This document shows positions 35,703-46,084 of a DNA stretch of 64,000 nucleotides, piece after piece; position 1 is the stretch's first letter; every line of letters begins with the position of its first letter. The translations under genes and the position numbers were made by a program. The stretch lies in the IMG/VR virus record IMGVR_UViG_3300018495_000106. One strand, 5' to 3'. A model generated the notes under the pieces. It was not told the DNA's origin. It did not search any database and saw nothing but the letters and a program-made list of their open reading frames with translations. The DNA is from a virus.

Positions 35703-36077
35703 GTGAAAGTAATAATTGCTGGTGGCAGAGATTTCGATAACTATGATTATCTCTCCGAAATGATGAAAAGTCTGAATATTATTGTGTCAGAAGTAGTTTG
35801 CGGCGGCGCTCGAGGGGCAGATTCTTTGGGTGAGAAGTGGGCGCAGATTAACGGCATCCCCGTAAAGTATTTCCCTGCAGATTGGGATGGATTAGGGAAT
35901 TACGCCGGCCACGCGCGCAATAGACAAATGGCAGAATATGCAGATTTCCTTGTAGCTTTTTGGGATGGAAAATCCAAAGGCACCCAGAATATGATTTCTA
36001 CAATGCAACAGCTTGGAAAGCACGGAAAGGTGATGCGTTATGAAAACAAGGGAATGTCTAATCCTTATCCTTGGTAG
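35703..36077 (+). CDS. SLOG/DprA-LOG-like (DUF2493-type) protein
   Basis: GGARGADSLGEKWA motif; GTG start with RBS AAAGGAG. Confidence 0.5.
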   Translation: MKVIIAGGRDFDNYDYLSEMMKSLNIIVSEVVCGGARGADSLGEKWAQINGIPVKYFPADWDGLGNYAGHARNRQMAEYADFLVAFWDGKSKGTQNMISTMQQLGKHGKVMRYENKGMSNPYPW

Positions 36078-36137
36078 TTTGGTGCTACTGGGATTATCTA
36101 TGTTAAGTGTTTATATTCGATATGGAGGTTGGTAATT

Positions 36138-36416
36138 ATGTTTGATTCTACTAATGTTCATGTGGGTGGCGCCCACTTCAACTACAATGTAAATGCAGTT
36201 AGCGGCACTCTCCGCAAATCCCATCCCAAGAGCCAGATTATTCTGCGCGAACTGAAGTGGGATAACCGAGAATTCAATGTAAACAATCCTACGACTTGGA
36301 ATATGGACCACCGCATGGCTGAAGAAATTGTTATTCTTCAGGTTATGCTGATTGGTAATAACCAAGGTCTTATCGAATTTGTTCACAAGAAAGATTTTGA
36401 AGAAAGCTGGTGTTAA
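36138..36416 (+). CDS. hypothetical protein
   Basis: RBS GGAGG. Confidence 0.5.
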   Translation: MFDSTNVHVGGAHFNYNVNAVSGTLRKSHPKSQIILRELKWDNREFNVNNPTTWNMDHRMAEEIVILQVMLIGNNQGLIEFVHKKDFEESWC

Positions 36417-36417
36417 A

Positions 36418-37275
36418 ATGGCTCAGAGAGAAAAGTTAATTTTTCAAAGATTGCAGGAACATTATGATGAGTCCCTGCAGTATTTCCCCGAAGAGCAGAT
36501 TGTTGGCGTTTTCCTGCAGGGTTCCCAGAACTATGGTCTGGACTATGAGGGCTCTGATGTCGACACTAAGCTCATCGTCGTACCAAGTTTCAAAGATGTG
36601 TGCTTAAACAAAAAGCCCGTGTCTACCACTCATGTTCGCGCAAATGACGAGCATACTGACTGGAAGGACGTGCGCCTGTATATGGAAACTTTCCGTAAAC
36701 AGAACCTTAACTTCCTCGAAATTCTGTTCACTGATTTTTACATCGTAAACCCTATGTATGTAGAACAGTGGCAGAGACTCGTAGCCAAGAGAGAAGAAAT
36801 CGCAAGAATGAATGTCCATCGTGCGGTTAAGTCTATGAAAGGTATCGCTCTTGAGAAGTACCATGCAATGGAGCACAGATATCCTACTAAGGCAGACATC
36901 ATCGATAAATATGGCTACGATGGTAAGCAGGTATCTCACTTAATCCGTGTTGACGACTATCTGGAAAGATACATCAACGGCGAGAGCTATCTGAGCTGCC
37001 TACATCCAACTGAGACCAAGAGAGAAAGAATCATGGATTACAAACTCCTTGATAAAATCGACTTGGAAACTGCGCGCGTCGAGGCTAAGGAATACTTAGA
37101 CCACGCCGTAGCGATCGCTGACGCATTCTGCGAAGGCAAGAAGGATGAAGAAGACCCTGCAATGCGTGACCTTCTGGAAGATGTTTCTTACAACATCATG
37201 AAGATTGCGGTTGCGCGCGAGCTTAAGAAAAAGAGGAAATGGTATGACTTTTTTAAGAGATTTGCTCGTAAATAA
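36418..37275 (+). CDS. nucleotidyltransferase-fold protein
   Basis: GSQNYGLDYEGSDVDTKLIV (GS..D.D) motif; coupled to upstream stop. Confidence 0.6.
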   Translation: MAQREKLIFQRLQEHYDESLQYFPEEQIVGVFLQGSQNYGLDYEGSDVDTKLIVVPSFKDVCLNKKPVSTTHVRANDEHTDWKDVRLYMETFRKQNLNFLEILFTDFYIVNPMYVEQWQRLVAKREEIARMNVHRAVKSMKGIALEKYHAMEHRYPTKADIIDKYGYDGKQVSHLIRVDDYLERYINGESYLSCLHPTETKRERIMDYKLLDKIDLETARVEAKEYLDHAVAIADAFCEGKKDEEDPAMRDLLEDVSYNIMKIAVARELKKKRKWYDFFKRFARK

Positions 37276-37492
37276 TAAACCTGTCGACATTATGTATCGT
37301 TGCAACTCTCCTTTCCCTGACATGGAGCCTGATATGCTCTATGGCTATTGCCGCTGGACCGGCAAGGAATTGGAGAGTGTCGACGGGGATAGCTACTATC
37401 TTAACGATGTGATAGATAAATATGAAATTGAAGAAGATGGAAGTCTGACAGTTTGGATTTCTGTCGTATGGAGTTCTATGAAAGGAGATTAA
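37244..37492 (+). CDS. hypothetical protein
   Basis: RBS AAGAGGAAA; overlaps upstream gene. Confidence 0.45.
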   Translation: MTFLRDLLVNNKPVDIMYRCNSPFPDMEPDMLYGYCRWTGKELESVDGDSYYLNDVIDKYEIEEDGSLTVWISVVWSSMKGD

Positions 37493-37494
37493 CT

Positions 37495-38376
37495 ATGATT
37501 ACTAAATGGATTTTGACTGGCGACACTCATGGTCAAGTCGATACTCGTCTTGGTAACATTGCTCGCAACGTAGAATATACACCAGGCGAAACCGCAGTCA
37601 TCATCCTTGGTGATGCAGGCGTTAATTTCTACTGTAATAAGAGCGAAAAGAAAAAGAAACATCAACTGTCTAAGTGGGGCATGCGCGTTTACTGCGTGCG
37701 TGGTAACCACGAAGAGCGTCCTGAGAATCTCGGTTATGAGGTAGCTTGGGATGAAGATGTTCAGGGTAATGTTTACATGGACCCGGACAACGCAAACATT
37801 CGCTACTTTATGGACGGCGGCGAGTACAATATCAATGGGCATTCTGTTTTGACTATTGGTGGTGCTTACTCTGTTGATAAGTATTGGCGTTTGCAGCGTG
37901 CGGCTGCGGCCGGGCAGTCCTTCTCTGGCTGGTTTAAGGACGAACAGCTAACCGCGGAGGAAATGGAAGCAATCGGCAATAAGGTTGCTAACAAGGAGTA
38001 CGACTTCGTTTTCACTCACACTTGTCCTTTCTCTTGGGAGCCTACTGACTTGTTCCTTGGTTGTGTAGACCAGACTACCGTAGAGACTGGTATGGAGCTG
38101 TGGATGGATGAGTTGCGCAAGCATATTGGTTTCGGAGTTTGGTGTTTCGGTCATTTCCATGCTGACCGTATTGAGCGTCCTTGTGTAGAACAGTTCTACT
38201 GGGAATACGAAGATATGGAAACTGTATGGAATCGTTGGCATGGTCAGAAGACCTGGAACAACGAGTGGTGGCTGGATAAATCTCCAATGTTCTACTCTGA
38301 ACTTGACAAAGATGACCACACTTGGGACCAAAATCCCGAATTTTCATTCCAGAATACTGGCAACGAGGAGGACTAA
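37495..38376 (+). CDS. calcineurin-like metallophosphoesterase
   Basis: GDTHG, GDAG, GNHE motifs. Confidence 0.7.
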   Translation: MITKWILTGDTHGQVDTRLGNIARNVEYTPGETAVIILGDAGVNFYCNKSEKKKKHQLSKWGMRVYCVRGNHEERPENLGYEVAWDEDVQGNVYMDPDNANIRYFMDGGEYNINGHSVLTIGGAYSVDKYWRLQRAAAAGQSFSGWFKDEQLTAEEMEAIGNKVANKEYDFVFTHTCPFSWEPTDLFLGCVDQTTVETGMELWMDELRKHIGFGVWCFGHFHADRIERPCVEQFYWEYEDMETVWNRWHGQKTWNNEWWLDKSPMFYSELDKDDHTWDQNPEFSFQNTGNEED

Positions 38377-38397
38377 TTGTAGTCCTCCCGATTGCAC

Positions 38398-38426
38398 TTG
38401 ACTTTTATAAAAAAATATGTTATAAT
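38398..38426 (+). promoter_or_regulatory. consensus promoter (TTGACT)
   Basis: upstream of the sigma factor gene. Confidence 0.8.
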
Positions 38427-38479
38427 ATATATGTAAGAAAAAGTGATAAAGTATTTAATGGGAATAGGAGACGGTATCT

Positions 38480-39505
38480 ATGCAGAAAAGATTGAATGTT
38501 TTGATTTCTAAAGCAGTAAAGAACAACAATGTAATCAATGAATCTGAGGTTGAGAAGGTTTTTAAGGAAGACGAACTCGACCAGGTTTACGCTCTTCTGG
38601 AAGAAGCTGGCGTAGATGTTATCGTCGACAACGCAGAGGAAGAGGCTGCTGCTGACTGGGATGCAAGCAATGCTCCTCTGACTGATTCTGTTAAACTGTA
38701 TATGCGTGAGATTGGTGCAATTCCTCTACTCACTTTTGAACAGGAAAAGGCAATCGGTGAGCGTATTGTTGCAGGTGATGAATCTGCAAAGAACGAACTG
38801 GTTGAGCACAATCTTCGCCTCGTAATTTCTGTGGCTCGTAAGTATATCGGTCATGCTGGTATGACTTTCATGGACTTGGTTCAGGAAGGTAACATCGGCT
38901 TGATGAAAGCTGCTGACAAGTTTGACCCTTCCAAGGGCTATAAGTTCTCTACCTATGCTACTTGGTGGATTCGTCAGACTATCGGTCGTGCAGTCCAGGA
39001 GCAGAGCAGAACTATTCGTATCCCTGTTCATATGGTCGAAACAGCGGCTAAGATGAACAAAGCAATTCGTAAGTTGACTCAGGAACTCGAAAGAGAGCCT
39101 TCTATCGAGGAAATCGCTTCTGAAATGGGCGTTTCTGCTGATAAGATTAAGTTCTTGTTCGAAGCTAATAGAGACCCCCTGTCTCTCGATAATCGAGTAA
39201 ACGACGAAGATGATGCAACCGTGGGCGACCTTGTTGCTGACCATTCTGCTGAAATGCCTGGTGATTCCATTATTCTTGAGGACAACAAGAAAATGGTAAT
39301 TGCGGTTCTCGATACTCTTTCTCAGAGAGAGAAAGAAGTTATGATGCTGCGCTTCGGCATTGAGGACGATAAGCCTCGTACTCTTGAGGAAATCGGTCAG
39401 CACTTCGGTGTAACTCGTGAGAGAATTCGCCAGATTGAAACCAAGGCTCTGCGCAAATTGCGCAATCCTATTCGCAGCAAGATGCTTCACGAAGCTCTTG
39501 CTTGA
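38480..39505 (+). CDS. sigma-70 family RNA polymerase sigma factor (RpoD/SigA-like)
   Basis: region 2 (YATWWIRQTIGRAV) and region 4 (GVTRERIRQIETKALRKLR) signatures. Confidence 0.85.
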   Translation: MQKRLNVLISKAVKNNNVINESEVEKVFKEDELDQVYALLEEAGVDVIVDNAEEEAAADWDASNAPLTDSVKLYMREIGAIPLLTFEQEKAIGERIVAGDESAKNELVEHNLRLVISVARKYIGHAGMTFMDLVQEGNIGLMKAADKFDPSKGYKFSTYATWWIRQTIGRAVQEQSRTIRIPVHMVETAAKMNKAIRKLTQELEREPSIEEIASEMGVSADKIKFLFEANRDPLSLDNRVNDEDDATVGDLVADHSAEMPGDSIILEDNKKMVIAVLDTLSQREKEVMMLRFGIEDDKPRTLEEIGQHFGVTRERIRQIETKALRKLRNPIRSKMLHEALA

Positions 39506-39522
39506 TACATAAGGAGTTAAAT

Positions 39523-40074
39523 ATGTACGGGGCACCTCGTTCCGTGTGGATTCCAGTAGAAGAGGGTATTGTTGGAGTTGAGTATCGTGGATACAAATGC
39601 TCTGACGAACCCGGCTCTACACATCTCTGCACGACAATTTATAAAGGTGATGGTAAGGCTGATGTATACGGTCACCTTGTTGAAAATATTACAGAATTAG
39701 ATAGAGAAACTTCTTGGCAGGAGCGCGATGCGTGGTATGTTAAGCAGTTTGATTTAACCAATAGCAAAAATCAGCTGAATTTGCTGGGTTTGTTCAATGA
39801 TATGTATGATGTGGGCGATGCTTACCATGAAATGTGGAACGCATGGGTTGGAGTAGACTTTTATGTAATGAACTCTGATTGCGTAGAAAATGATATTTTT
39901 CTGGTAGGAATTGCGCCGGCCCCTTGGGGGTGCGCTTCCATCGAAGACCCTGTGGCTTTTGTTGCCGAAAATGAGGACGGAACTCGATTCTGGAGTCATG
40001 GTGGAAAAGGCTGGGTTGAAGATATGCGTGAACAGATGAAAGAAATATATGAGAACTACACAAAGGGCCGCTAA
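39523..40074 (+). CDS. hypothetical protein
   Basis: RBS AAGGAG. Confidence 0.55.
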   Translation: MYGAPRSVWIPVEEGIVGVEYRGYKCSDEPGSTHLCTTIYKGDGKADVYGHLVENITELDRETSWQERDAWYVKQFDLTNSKNQLNLLGLFNDMYDVGDAYHEMWNAWVGVDFYVMNSDCVENDIFLVGIAPAPWGCASIEDPVAFVAENEDGTRFWSHGGKGWVEDMREQMKEIYENYTKGR

Positions 40075-40090
40075 CAACGGCCCTTTTTAT
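40065..40090 (+). terminator. rho-independent terminator
   Basis: GGGCCG...CGGCCC then T5. Confidence 0.75.
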
Positions 40091-40095
40091 CTTTT

Positions 40096-40124
40096 TTGAT
40101 TTTTCTTAAAAAATATGTTATAAT
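40096..40124 (+). promoter_or_regulatory. consensus promoter
   Basis: TTGATT-N17-TATAAT. Confidence 0.8.
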
Positions 40125-40165
40125 ATATATATAAAGAAATGAAGAAATGAAAGGAATTGATAATT

Positions 40166-41065
40166 ATGAAATATTTCGTGGACTTTGAAGCTACTCAGTT
40201 TAGCAATGAAATTATTGAAATCGGATGCGTTCGTGAGGACGGAGAAGAGTTCAAGTCTTATGTTAAGGCAGACAAGAAACTTACCAACTTCATCATCAAT
40301 CTGACCGGCATTACGCAGGAGATGGTTAATAACGCACCTTCGTCCGACGAAGTATTTTCCTCTTTTTATCAGTGGCTTAAAGGCGATACGAACATTGAGT
40401 TCTATTGCTATGGCAATTCTGACATTGACTTCGTTAGAAAGAATTTAAGTAAGAGTATAAATTTTGAAGCTCAGGCCGCCCTCTCTATGATTGGCATGGC
40501 TTTGAACGATTATGCGACTTCCGTGAAGAAGCATTTTGGTTTGATTAAGCCTATTGGTCTGGTTAAGGTTCTGGCTCATTATCGTGGTGTTGAATCTGTT
40601 GAACAGAGCCACGATGCACTTGAGGACGCAAAATTCCTCAAGGAAGTATTTGAATACATAAATGCAGAGGGCGAAATTGAAGAGTGTCCTTTCCCTGAAT
40701 ATCAGAAGCCTAAGAAAGTGGCTAAGCCTGTTCAGCCTAAGGTAGAAGTACCTTCTACTCCTCATATCGCTCGTATGCGTAAGAATACTATTGTGGAAGT
40801 TTATGAAACTATGGATGCTTGCATGAACTGGATTTATGAAGAAGTAGCCAAGAACAACAAGGCTCAGTTAACTGAGATGAAGCCTGAGAATGTTGCAAAG
40901 CGTATTCGTCGTGCAAGCTCTCAGAACCAGCCTTATATGTCTTGGAAGTTTAAGATTTATGGCGGAGACAAGGAAGTTAGTTACCTCAGCGATAACTTCA
41001 CTGTTCCTACTTTTGCTGAGGAAATCGTAGTGAAAGAAGAAAATGTGGAAGGAGAAAACGAATAA
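40166..41065 (+). CDS. DnaQ-like 3'-5' exonuclease domain protein
   Basis: VDFEAT (Exo I) and HDALEDA (Exo III) motifs. Confidence 0.65.
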   Translation: MKYFVDFEATQFSNEIIEIGCVREDGEEFKSYVKADKKLTNFIINLTGITQEMVNNAPSSDEVFSSFYQWLKGDTNIEFYCYGNSDIDFVRKNLSKSINFEAQAALSMIGMALNDYATSVKKHFGLIKPIGLVKVLAHYRGVESVEQSHDALEDAKFLKEVFEYINAEGEIEECPFPEYQKPKKVAKPVQPKVEVPSTPHIARMRKNTIVEVYETMDACMNWIYEEVAKNNKAQLTEMKPENVAKRIRRASSQNQPYMSWKFKIYGGDKEVSYLSDNFTVPTFAEEIVVKEENVEGENE

Positions 41066-42498
41066 TGGCATATGTAGCTTATGTTACTACTCTAAAGAAT
41101 TTGCGTAAGCACCCAAATGCTGATAGACTTCAGTTGGCTGAGTGCTTTGGCAACACTGTCTGTGTAAGCATGGAGTATGTTGCTGACCAGGTCGGCGTAT
41201 ACTTCCCAACTGATGGACAGCTTTCTGTAGAGTTCGCGGAGAAGAACAACTTGCTCCGTAAAAAGGACGAGAATGGTAACAACATTGGCGGTTACATGGA
41301 CCCTGATAAGAGAAATGTTACTACTATTCGTCTGCGTGGTGAGAAGTCTGATGGACTTTTCTTGCCTCTGTCTTGCTTGGACTACTGCTACGGCGAGAAC
41401 GATAAGGCAGAAAATCATTTGAAAATTGGTGATACTATCGACGTGGTAAACGGTCACGATATCTGCACCAAGTATATCCCTAAGAGAAACAACAAGACTC
41501 GCTCTAACACTCCTGAGGGTAACCGTACCCGCAAGAAGAAAGTGCCTGTGGCACCTCTGTTCATGGAGCACGCAGATACTGAGCAGTTGGCTTACAACTT
41601 GTCTGCTTTCAAGCCTGGTGACCTCGTTGAGATTACCTTGAAGATGCACGGCACTTCTCAGCGTACTGCTAACCTGCCTCGTTTCAATGGCTATAAAAGA
41701 ACTCTTATGGACCGTATCTTGAGACGTGAGGGTGTGGCACAGTACAACTGGGGTTCTGTATCTGGTACTCGTAGAGTTATCCTTGCAGACTTTGATGGTG
41801 GCTATTACGGTTCTAACGAGTTCCGTGAGCAGCACTCCAAGTTCTTCGATGGCAAGCTCCATAAGGGCGAGACTGTTTACTATGAGGTAGTTGGCTTCAC
41901 TACTTCTGGCGCACCTATCATGGGCGACGCTGATAACAAGAAGCTGAACGATAAGGATTTCGTAAAGCAGTACGGAAAGACTACTACTTTCTCTTATGGT
42001 TGTTCTCCAACTGGAAAGAAGACTATGTACGGTAGAGATGCAGAGGGTAACTTCGAAATCGAAACTACTGTGCCTCAGTCTGATATCTATGTCTACAGAA
42101 TGACTATGACCAACGAGGATGGCGATGTGGTTGAGTACACTCCTGACTTCATGCGTTATCGTTGTGAGCAGATGGGCGTTAAGACTGTCCCAGTTTTTGC
42201 CCAGTTCATCATCCCTGAGTTCTACCAGTTGCCTGACGATGTAGGTTCTCTACAGGTGGTTGACGCTGGTGAGTATGTTCGTAAGATTGCAGAAGATTTC
42301 TACGATGGTCCAGACCCAATCGGTAAGACCCACGTTCGTGAGGGCGTAGTTGTAAGAATCGTCAACAGACCTAAGTTCTGCGCTTACAAGCATAAGAACT
42401 TCTCTTTCAAGGTGCTCGAGGGCATCATCAAGGCCGACGCTGTTGCGCCTGATATGGAAGAGGCTCAGGATGTAGCAGAGGAAAATGGGGAGGAGTAA
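41065..42498 (+). CDS. RNA ligase-like nucleotidyltransferase (Rnl-type KxHG motif)
   Basis: ITLKMHGTSQR resembles ligase motif I (K-x-H-G). Confidence 0.55.
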   Translation: MAYVAYVTTLKNLRKHPNADRLQLAECFGNTVCVSMEYVADQVGVYFPTDGQLSVEFAEKNNLLRKKDENGNNIGGYMDPDKRNVTTIRLRGEKSDGLFLPLSCLDYCYGENDKAENHLKIGDTIDVVNGHDICTKYIPKRNNKTRSNTPEGNRTRKKKVPVAPLFMEHADTEQLAYNLSAFKPGDLVEITLKMHGTSQRTANLPRFNGYKRTLMDRILRREGVAQYNWGSVSGTRRVILADFDGGYYGSNEFREQHSKFFDGKLHKGETVYYEVVGFTTSGAPIMGDADNKKLNDKDFVKQYGKTTTFSYGCSPTGKKTMYGRDAEGNFEIETTVPQSDIYVYRMTMTNEDGDVVEYTPDFMRYRCEQMGVKTVPVFAQFIIPEFYQLPDDVGSLQVVDAGEYVRKIAEDFYDGPDPIGKTHVREGVVVRIVNRPKFCAYKHKNFSFKVLEGIIKADAVAPDMEEAQDVAEENGEE

Positions 42499-42525
42499 TC
42501 CTCCCTCAATATAAGGAGGAAACGA

Positions 42526-43053
42526 ATGATTTTAGTTAATCTTTTCGGCTCTCCCGGAACTGGTAAATCTACCGGAGCCGCCTATATCTGTTCTCAGTTG
42601 AAAATGCTCGGCTTTAATGCCAAACTTGTAACTGAGTTCGCAAAGGATAAGGTTTGGGAAGAGAGTGAGGCGGTTTTCAATAACCAGGCTTACATTTTTG
42701 GTAAGCAGTATTTCCGTATCAGCCGCTGTGCTGATAAGGTAGATGTAATTGTAACTGACTCACCTTTGCTGTTATCTGTAGTTTATAACAACGACCCTGT
42801 TTTGGGCGACGAGTTTAATCAGATGGTTCGCAATGTTATGAACAGTTACGATTGTCAAAACTTCTTTTTGGTAAGAACCAAGGAATACAACCCAGTAGGT
42901 CGTTTCCAGACTGAAGAGGAGTCTGACAAGATTGCTGGAGAAATTCAGCAGATGCTCGAAGACGAGGGTATCGACTATTTGGTCTCTACTGGCGATAAGG
43001 CTGGTTATGACTGGATTGTAGGCGAAATTATCAACAAGTTAAGCAAGAACTAA
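42526..43053 (+). CDS. P-loop kinase (polynucleotide-kinase-like)
   Basis: GSPGTGKST Walker A; directly follows the ligase. Confidence 0.55.
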   Translation: MILVNLFGSPGTGKSTGAAYICSQLKMLGFNAKLVTEFAKDKVWEESEAVFNNQAYIFGKQYFRISRCADKVDVIVTDSPLLLSVVYNNDPVLGDEFNQMVRNVMNSYDCQNFFLVRTKEYNPVGRFQTEEESDKIAGEIQQMLEDEGIDYLVSTGDKAGYDWIVGEIINKLSKN

Positions 43054-43064
43054 GGAGGATTATT

Positions 43065-43265
43065 ATGGCAAAGACAAGAGAGCTTCCGTGCATCCATTAT
43101 GTATGCGCACACAACTGTGATTTAGGTAAGGACGCAGAGTTCTACGGTCTGTGCCAGACCTGTCCTACCTATAAAGCCCGCAAGGGTTCAGCTCCGGCGA
43201 GAACCGACAATCGTAAAAAGATTATGGCGAAGATTCGCAAAAAGGAGCTTCGAGACATCGACTAA
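43065..43265 (+). CDS. small zinc-ribbon protein
   Basis: CxxC...CxxC. Confidence 0.5.
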   Translation: MAKTRELPCIHYVCAHNCDLGKDAEFYGLCQTCPTYKARKGSAPARTDNRKKIMAKIRKKELRDID

Positions 43266-43270
43266 GAAAC

Positions 43271-43292
43271 GGGGCTTCGGCCCCTTTCTTTT
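43271..43292 (+). terminator. rho-independent terminator
   Basis: GGGGC-TTCG-GCCCC then TTTCTTTT. Confidence 0.75.
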
Positions 43293-43308
43293 GTATGGAG
43301 GGAATTTT

Positions 43309-43758
43309 ATGAAATATATGAAATTCGTAAATGGTAAGGGCATTCAGGTGGTAAAAGATGTTGATGAAGCCTGTGATGACTTTACCGCAAATATTAAAGA
43401 GTTATTTCATGCTGAAAAAGCAAGAAATGATAGGCTTCAGGCAGAAAATGAGCGTCTTCATGACGAACATTATGAAAACAAAGAAATCCAGAAGCTAACA
43501 GACCAGATTGCAGAGATGCGCTCGTCGCTCGGTTATTCGTTCCGTCTGGACAAATCAGACTGGGACCGCATTCATGAGTGGCAAGATACTCACATGGCCG
43601 AGGCGCATGGTCTTGATACTTCGGAAAAGAGATTGCAGGCTGGTGGTGCGATTGGAGGTATGTGGACATATGAATTTGTACCTACATCTATTGGTACTGT
43701 TGGTACTTGCATATGCGGAAAATGTAAGGAAAAATTTACTTTCCAAGATTTAATGTAA
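43309..43758 (+). CDS. hypothetical protein
   Basis: RBS GGAGGG. Confidence 0.5.
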   Translation: MKYMKFVNGKGIQVVKDVDEACDDFTANIKELFHAEKARNDRLQAENERLHDEHYENKEIQKLTDQIAEMRSSLGYSFRLDKSDWDRIHEWQDTHMAEAHGLDTSEKRLQAGGAIGGMWTYEFVPTSIGTVGTCICGKCKEKFTFQDLM

Positions 43759-43770
43759 AGGAGAATTACG

Positions 43771-44046
43771 ATGGCAGTAAGAGATATGACATGGAATATC
43801 TTCAACAAGGAAACTGGTCAGGTTTTAACTTGGGAAGAGAAAGCTATCGACTTTGCTTCTGAAGAGTCCGCAAAGGCATTCCTCGCTTTAAATGGCGAAC
43901 TTGTAGATACTGCAGAAGTAAAGCAGGGTATTCTTTATTATGACGGCGGATACATTTCAGAATCTGACCTCGTTCATATCTGGCAACAGGAAATGATTAA
44001 AGAGCTCCAAGAAATGGGACATATGCCTGACCAGGAGGAAGAATAA
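43771..44046 (+). CDS. hypothetical protein
   Basis: RBS AAGGAG. Confidence 0.55.
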   Translation: MAVRDMTWNIFNKETGQVLTWEEKAIDFASEESAKAFLALNGELVDTAEVKQGILYYDGGYISESDLVHIWQQEMIKELQEMGHMPDQEEE

Positions 44047-44291
44047 TGAGTGTTTGCGGCGGTTGCCCATATCCATATGAAGCCGACATTGCTGGTGAAG
44101 AGCGTAGCAAAAACACCGATGATTATTGCGGCTATGGCTGTTCTTTTGAGGACGCAGCTTATCGCGCTCAGTGGGCATATGATAGACTAATGGAGCGCTA
44201 TGAAGAGCTTGAGAAAGAGCATGAACTTCTCAAAGCTGAAGCGGATATCATGCGACATAAACTAAAGTACATGGAGGATGACGGGAAATGA
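44046..44291 (+). CDS. hypothetical protein
   Basis: coupled. Confidence 0.5.
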   Translation: MSVCGGCPYPYEADIAGEERSKNTDDYCGYGCSFEDAAYRAQWAYDRLMERYEELEKEHELLKAEADIMRHKLKYMEDDGK

Positions 44292-44698
44292 TTGATAAGT
44301 TCGATGGCGAATTTGCATTTTTAAGTAACTTCTACCCTTGTACTGTTCGTGATGGGAAGCTTACCTTCCCGTCTACTGAGCACTACTTCCAAGCGATGAA
44401 GACTCTCGATATGGTGGAGCGCATTAACATCTCACGTGCGGCTACTCCTGGTGAGTCTAAGAAAATGGGTCGTAGCGTTAAGTTGCGCCCAGATTGGGAA
44501 GAAGTGAAACTATCAGTTATGGAAACTGCGCTCCGTCAAAAGTTCGCAGACCCTGAACTGGCGGCGAAGTTAAAGGCGACCGGAAATGAAGAGCTCGTTG
44601 AAGGTAACTGGTGGAACGACACCTATTGGGGCGTATGTAGGGGTGTCGGCGAGAACAACCTCGGCAAACTCCTCATGAAGATTAGGTCCGAACTCTAA
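44288..44698 (+). CDS. NADAR (YbiA-like, DUF1768) domain protein
   Basis: FLSNFYP, EHYFQAMK and W..G.N.LG..LM motifs. Confidence 0.6.
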   Translation: MIDKFDGEFAFLSNFYPCTVRDGKLTFPSTEHYFQAMKTLDMVERINISRAATPGESKKMGRSVKLRPDWEEVKLSVMETALRQKFADPELAAKLKATGNEELVEGNWWNDTYWGVCRGVGENNLGKLLMKIRSEL

Positions 44699-45234
44699 TG
44701 AAAAGTATCCTGGCCTCCATCCTTATTGGGTTTGGAGTTGCGGTTTTATTATTCCTTGGCAATCCGCTTGGCCCCGTGCTTTTTGCTTTTGGACTAATGG
44801 GCGTTTGTTACCTACAGGCTGACTTGTATACCGGCAGAGCTGGCTATTATTGGAAAGATAGAAAGGCTGAATTAGCCAAGATTTTGGTAATCAACCTTGT
44901 TGCTGGCTATGTGTTTGGTTTACTACTTAGCTATTGCTCACCACAGTTAATCCCAGTAGCGCTGGAAAAAGTTGCGAGTTGGGATTTTTCAGTAGCATTT
45001 TTTATTCGTTCCGTATTCTGCGGAATGATTATGTACATATGTGTTGATTTGTTTAAGAGAGGGACTTATGTTGGAATATTGTATGGAGTCCCTCTATTTA
45101 TCTTCTGTGGTTTTCAACATTGCATTGCAAATGTTATTGTTCTCGGCGTAGCACACGCTTGGTCTTGGACTTTAATTTTAGCAATTTTAGGAAATTTAGT
45201 AGGAAGTATGATAATCAACACACTTTCTAAATAA
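44698..45234 (+). CDS. membrane protein
   Basis: multiple TM segments. Confidence 0.55.
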   Translation: MKSILASILIGFGVAVLLFLGNPLGPVLFAFGLMGVCYLQADLYTGRAGYYWKDRKAELAKILVINLVAGYVFGLLLSYCSPQLIPVALEKVASWDFSVAFFIRSVFCGMIMYICVDLFKRGTYVGILYGVPLFIFCGFQHCIANVIVLGVAHAWSWTLILAILGNLVGSMIINTLSK

Positions 45235-45244
45235 AAAATCTTAA

Positions 45245-45273
45245 TTGATTTTATTAAAAATATATGATATAAT
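45245..45273 (+). promoter_or_regulatory. consensus promoter
   Basis: upstream of Sir2. Confidence 0.8.
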
Positions 45274-45309
45274 ATATATGTAAAGAAGTGAAAGAGAGGT
45301 ATATCAGAA

Positions 45310-46080
45310 ATGTCATTTATGGTTGACTCTTTTGAAGAGAAAGTAGCAAAATTAAATGATTTAATTGCCAAGAGCAATCGAATCGTCTTTTTCGGCGGAG
45401 CCGGAGTTTCGACGGAGTCTGGTATACCCGACTTCCGCTCAAAAGATGGTTTATATAATCAACACGATGTTCAGTTCGATATGTTTGAGCCAGAGTATCT
45501 GTTAAGTCATAGTTGTTTGTACCAGAACCCGAAAGTCTTTTATGAGTTTTATAGACAGAAACTCGACTGTCGTGGTATCGAACCGAACATCACTCACTAT
45601 AAGCTGGCTGAACTGGAGAAGTGCGGCAAGCTGCTCTCCGTGGTAACCCAGAACATCGACGGTCTGCACCAAAAGGCAGGCTCTAAGATGGTACATGAAA
45701 TCCACGGCACAACTGAAAAAAATTATTGTCCTCGCTGCGGCAAGAAGTATTCAGCTGATTATATCTTCGAATGCGAAGATTTGATTCCGAAATGCGAATG
45801 CGGCGGGACTATTCGTCCGGCAGTTACTCTCTATGAAGAGAATCTGCCCGAAGATGCGTGGAGTGGCGCAAACCACGATATGTATAGCGCCGACTTAATT
45901 ATCATCGGAGGCACTTCGCTGTCAGTTTATCCTGCGGCAAGTCTGGTGGTAGGTCAGCGTTGCCCTATCGTTGTTATCAACAAGGGTGAAACAGATATGC
46001 CTCGTTTGAAGACTGCAATTACTTTTGATTGCGGCTTAGGTGAGGTATTCTCAAAAATTAAAACAGATTATGAGGTGTAA
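45310..46080 (+). CDS. Sir2-family NAD-dependent deacylase (CobB-like)
   Basis: GAGVSTESGIPDFRS, NIDGLH, paired CxxC zinc site. Confidence 0.8.
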   Translation: MSFMVDSFEEKVAKLNDLIAKSNRIVFFGGAGVSTESGIPDFRSKDGLYNQHDVQFDMFEPEYLLSHSCLYQNPKVFYEFYRQKLDCRGIEPNITHYKLAELEKCGKLLSVVTQNIDGLHQKAGSKMVHEIHGTTEKNYCPRCGKKYSADYIFECEDLIPKCECGGTIRPAVTLYEENLPEDAWSGANHDMYSADLIIIGGTSLSVYPAASLVVGQRCPIVVINKGETDMPRLKTAITFDCGLGEVFSKIKTDYEV

Positions 46081-46084
46081 AGAA